From assembly GCA_965197525.1 (NCBI GenBank), contig OZ240211.1, positions 512,001 through 576,000 on the forward strand: a stretch of DNA of 64,000 nt. Direction: 5' to 3'. The position numbers were made by a program, and so were the translations under genes. Source of the stretch: Nitrosopumilus sp. (GTDB lineage Archaea > Thermoproteota > Nitrososphaeria > Nitrososphaerales > Nitrosopumilaceae). This document shows, one piece after another, positions 61,353 to 64,000 of the stretch. The notes beneath the pieces were generated by a model. That model was not told where the DNA came from. It saw nothing but the letters and a program-made list of their open reading frames with translations, and made no database searches. Numbering within the stretch: position 1 is the first letter of the stretch; each line of letters starts with the position of its first letter.

Positions 61353-62153
61353 ATGAAATTAAAAATCAATCCACAAATAAAACCAATATTAAATAATCTT
61401 GTAGATCAAATAAAAAAAAATGAATCTCATGTAATACAATTAATTTTGTTTGGGTCTCAAGCTAATATGAGTGCTAATGAATCAAGTGATATTGATTTAT
61501 TGGTTATTATAGATGAAAGTCCTCCTAAAGGTAAAAAAGTCCATGAACAGTCTGACATATCTGAATACACTGAATATAGACTACAGACATGGTGTGACAT
61601 AAAAGATATGATTAATGGAAAAAATACAGATGTAGTAGTTGAAACGCCTAACACTATAAAACAACATGGAAAAATACCAGGAACCGTTCAATATTATGCT
61701 ATACGTGAAGGCATAGTATTATACGAACGTGATAATTCTGATCAGCTTATTGGTAACGTTGATAATAAAATAGCAGGACATAATGAACAAACAGAATACT
61801 GGATTGCAAAGGCAAAATCACAACTGAAAGATGCGATAAGATTTGATAACCATATATTGTCATGTCCTATGATTTATAATTCTATCAATTCATCAATAAA
61901 GGCAATGTTGACATATGAACATACTAATTATGAATTTATGCGTGATTTGGACAAAATGAATAAATTGTTATTAAATAAATTTGATTATGATTTTAGTAGG
62001 ATATCTACATGGAGAGGATCATTCAAATCGTCAAAAACATGTAATAATAATAATAATAATAATAAAGTTACAGACCAGGATATAAAGGACGGCATAACAA
62101 TGGCAGCTGAAATATATAACAAAGTTGAAAATAAATATGTAATTAAAAATTAA
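61353..62153 (+). CDS. Fused minimal nucleotidyltransferase (MNT) plus HEPN-like domain
   Basis: LILFGSQA...SSDIDLLV MNT motif, then a WIAKAKSQL...IKAML HEPN-like helical domain. Low GC. Confidence 0.8.
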   Translation: MKLKINPQIKPILNNLVDQIKKNESHVIQLILFGSQANMSANESSDIDLLVIIDESPPKGKKVHEQSDISEYTEYRLQTWCDIKDMINGKNTDVVVETPNTIKQHGKIPGTVQYYAIREGIVLYERDNSDQLIGNVDNKIAGHNEQTEYWIAKAKSQLKDAIRFDNHILSCPMIYNSINSSIKAMLTYEHTNYEFMRDLDKMNKLLLNKFDYDFSRISTWRGSFKSSKTCNNNNNNNKVTDQDIKDGITMAAEIYNKVENKYVIKN

Positions 62154-62343
62154 ATTGAGTTAATTTCTTTTTTTTTTCAAGTGTACGTCTTCTTTCGTTT
62201 AAAATATCTATTTTTGGGTTTATTTTTAGAATCCAATCACTACCGTAATTAATTAATTCTCTATATTCGTATAGTCGTTTATCAATTGATTCAACATCCC
62301 ATAAATCATCTATGTTTAATAATTTTCTTAATTTTTCTGACAT
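62143..62343 (-). CDS. Small hypothetical protein
   Basis: 66-aa AT-rich ORF convergent with MNT-HEPN. Confidence 0.45.
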   Translation of the reverse strand: MSEKLRKLLNIDDLWDVESIDKRLYEYRELINYGSDWILKINPKIDILNERRRTLEKKKKLTQFNF

Positions 62344-62437
62344 AATATAAATAATATAATTTCTTATTTTAATGTTATTTGTTTATACACTGTTTCAAAC
62401 TCAGAATATTTCTATCTATTAAATTTAACAGTGTAAA

Positions 62438-63380
62438 CAGTTAGCTCAGAAGTAACTGGAATATCGGATGATTGTATGCAAGTATTATGAAGAAGCGCAA
62501 GAAGAAGAAGAAGAAGAGCGAGAGTGAGTCCTGTGTGGAAAAACCAGAAGAAAAATACATTGCGTTTGCTACAAACAGACTTGACATCGATGTCAAACGC
62601 TACGCCGAGAGATGTATGATAGAGACGGGTTTTAGAATGGTAGAAAACCAAAGGGTAAGAACGCGCAGCAGGAGTGTCACTGTCCGGACACTGTGTTTTA
62701 TGTATTCACTTGTCTTGTTCAACTCTTGGGTTCTTGCAAACGCCGAGCTGACCAACAATTAATCCGTATCAGGCGGCATCTATTCTAAAATCACGCAGAC
62801 TGACATGAAGATAATTATAATGATGCACACTCTTTTATGGAACGGTAGATATGAAGAACCACCGCCTGAGGCCTCTCTTGCAGGTTCCAAAGATGTCACT
62901 TGTTGTGACATCGCCACTACCATGTCATATATGCAATAACTCACTAGACTGTCTGCTGCAACTTGGGTTTTTTGTGTGGTCCAAGCTCCGTATTCCATAA
63001 TGACCTTTACAGTCTCAAATTCTCTTTCTCTAACTTTGCCATCTTGAATTCAAACACTACATTTGATTTCTGCTGTCGCTTTCTGATACACATCAACAGA
63101 CTCATGGAAATGTCTCCCTGCCTGCCATCCTCCATCTGCACGCCTTGAATTTTGATTTTATTGCATCGTCTAACAACTATGGAAATGTCTCCCTGCCTGC
63201 AATTCATATCTGCACGTTTTTTGCCGCCTGTGAGAATCGTATGTAGCACACTATACTGTTCTGACATTCAGATGGTGTATGATCGTATAGAATGATCTTC
63301 GTCTTAGTTTTAAACATGTGATCTGCCACAGATTCTCCATTTGACAGGTGTCCAGATTTCATCTACTTCTGAGCTAACTG
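62438..63380. mobile_element. ISH3-type non-autonomous/composite remnant (943 bp)
   Basis: Perfect 17-bp TIR CAGTTAGCTCAGAAGTA. Contains only the C-terminus of an ISH3-like transposase (FATNRL...YAERCMIETGFR...RTRSRS). No TSD. Confidence 0.8.
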
Positions 63381-63428
63381 AGAACCCCATAAATCTTAAA
63401 TTAGATAAAATATTTTACATGTCAACGT

Positions 63429-64000
63429 ATGTCAAAAACAAGCAATATCATGAATAAAATGAACATTAAAGCAGAGATAGAATCCATATATCAAGAATTA
63501 CTGGAATTAAAGAAAGAACTAGCAGAACAAGAAACTATTGAAAAAGATGCAGTAGTAGAAAAATCAGTAAAGAAGAAAAAGGTAAAACATGCAAAAAAGA
63601 CAACTCAGAATTACTGGAATTAAAGAAAGAAAAGCAAAGTAAAAAAGACAACTGCCAAAGCAAAGCAGTCAAAGACCAAAAAAGCAGTAAGAGGAAAAAA
63701 GACAACTGCCAAAGCAAAGCAGTCAAAGACCAAAAAAGCAGTAAGAGGAAAAAAGACAACTGCCAAAGCAAAGCAGTCAAAGACCAAAAAAGCAGTAAGA
63801 GGAAAAAAGACAACTGCCAAAGCAAAGCAGTCAAAGACCAAAAAAGCAGTAAGAGGAAAAAAGACAACTGCCAAAGCAAAGCAGTCAAAGACCAAAAAAG
63901 CAGTAAGAGGAAAAAAGACAACTGCCAAAGCAAAGCAGTCAAAGACCAAAAAAGCAGTAAGAGGAAAAAAGACAACTGCCAAAGCAAAGCAGTCAAAGAC
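63429..64000 (+). pseudogene. Second histone-H1-like Lys/Ala/Thr-rich repeat gene with in-frame TAA (runs off window)
   Basis: ORF 63429-63623 is followed in the same frame by repeats of KKTTAKAKQSKTKKAVRG. Confidence 0.6.
63642..64000 (+). repeat. 54-bp tandem repeat, at least 6.6 copies
   Basis: AAAAAGACAACTGCCAAAGCAAAGCAGTCAAAGACCAAAAAAGCAGTAAGAGGA repeats identically to the window end. Confidence 0.95.

Noticed and set aside
63535-63996. Hydrophobic minus-strand repeat ORFs (153 aa, 120 aa)
   Set aside because: These are antisense shadows of the A-rich 54-bp repeat.

Overview
Archaeal chromosome segment. Gene content (TBP, PAC2, cofE/cofG/cofH, thi4, DUF1512, archaeal aaRSs) and style point to Nitrososphaerota (Nitrosopumilaceae-like). 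The heavy IS load and repeat expansions suggest a host-associated lineage (inference). The backbone is housekeeping: ilvC, metG, ahcY, nadE, cysS, argS, proS, purM, serB, sulfur assimilation and F420 synthesis. The main signal is 11 mobile elements. Two unrelated TnpB (RuvC) lineages are bounded not by IS200/IS605 or IS607-type ends but by terminal inverted repeats (TIRs) with 8-bp target-site duplications (TSDs), which are hallmarks of DDE transposons. Family 1 has IS6-like GGTTCTGT ends: 2 intact copies, 1 frameshifted copy, 3 MITEs that keep only the putative omega-RNA 3' region, and 1 element with related ends carrying non-TnpB cargo. Family 2 has GGGAATTA ends, tentatively IS1595-like: 1 intact 522-aa TnpB and 1 internally deleted MITE. 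No cognate IS6 or IS1595 transposase and no TnpA are in the window. Other points: an intact ISH3 element, a secreted triple-Cache/vanadium-haloperoxidase-like fusion, a candidate 78-nt structured RNA, two histone-H1-like repeat proteins, a collagen-like protein, a promoter VNTR and a 47-codon poly-His tract. No CRISPR array, rRNA or tRNA was found.
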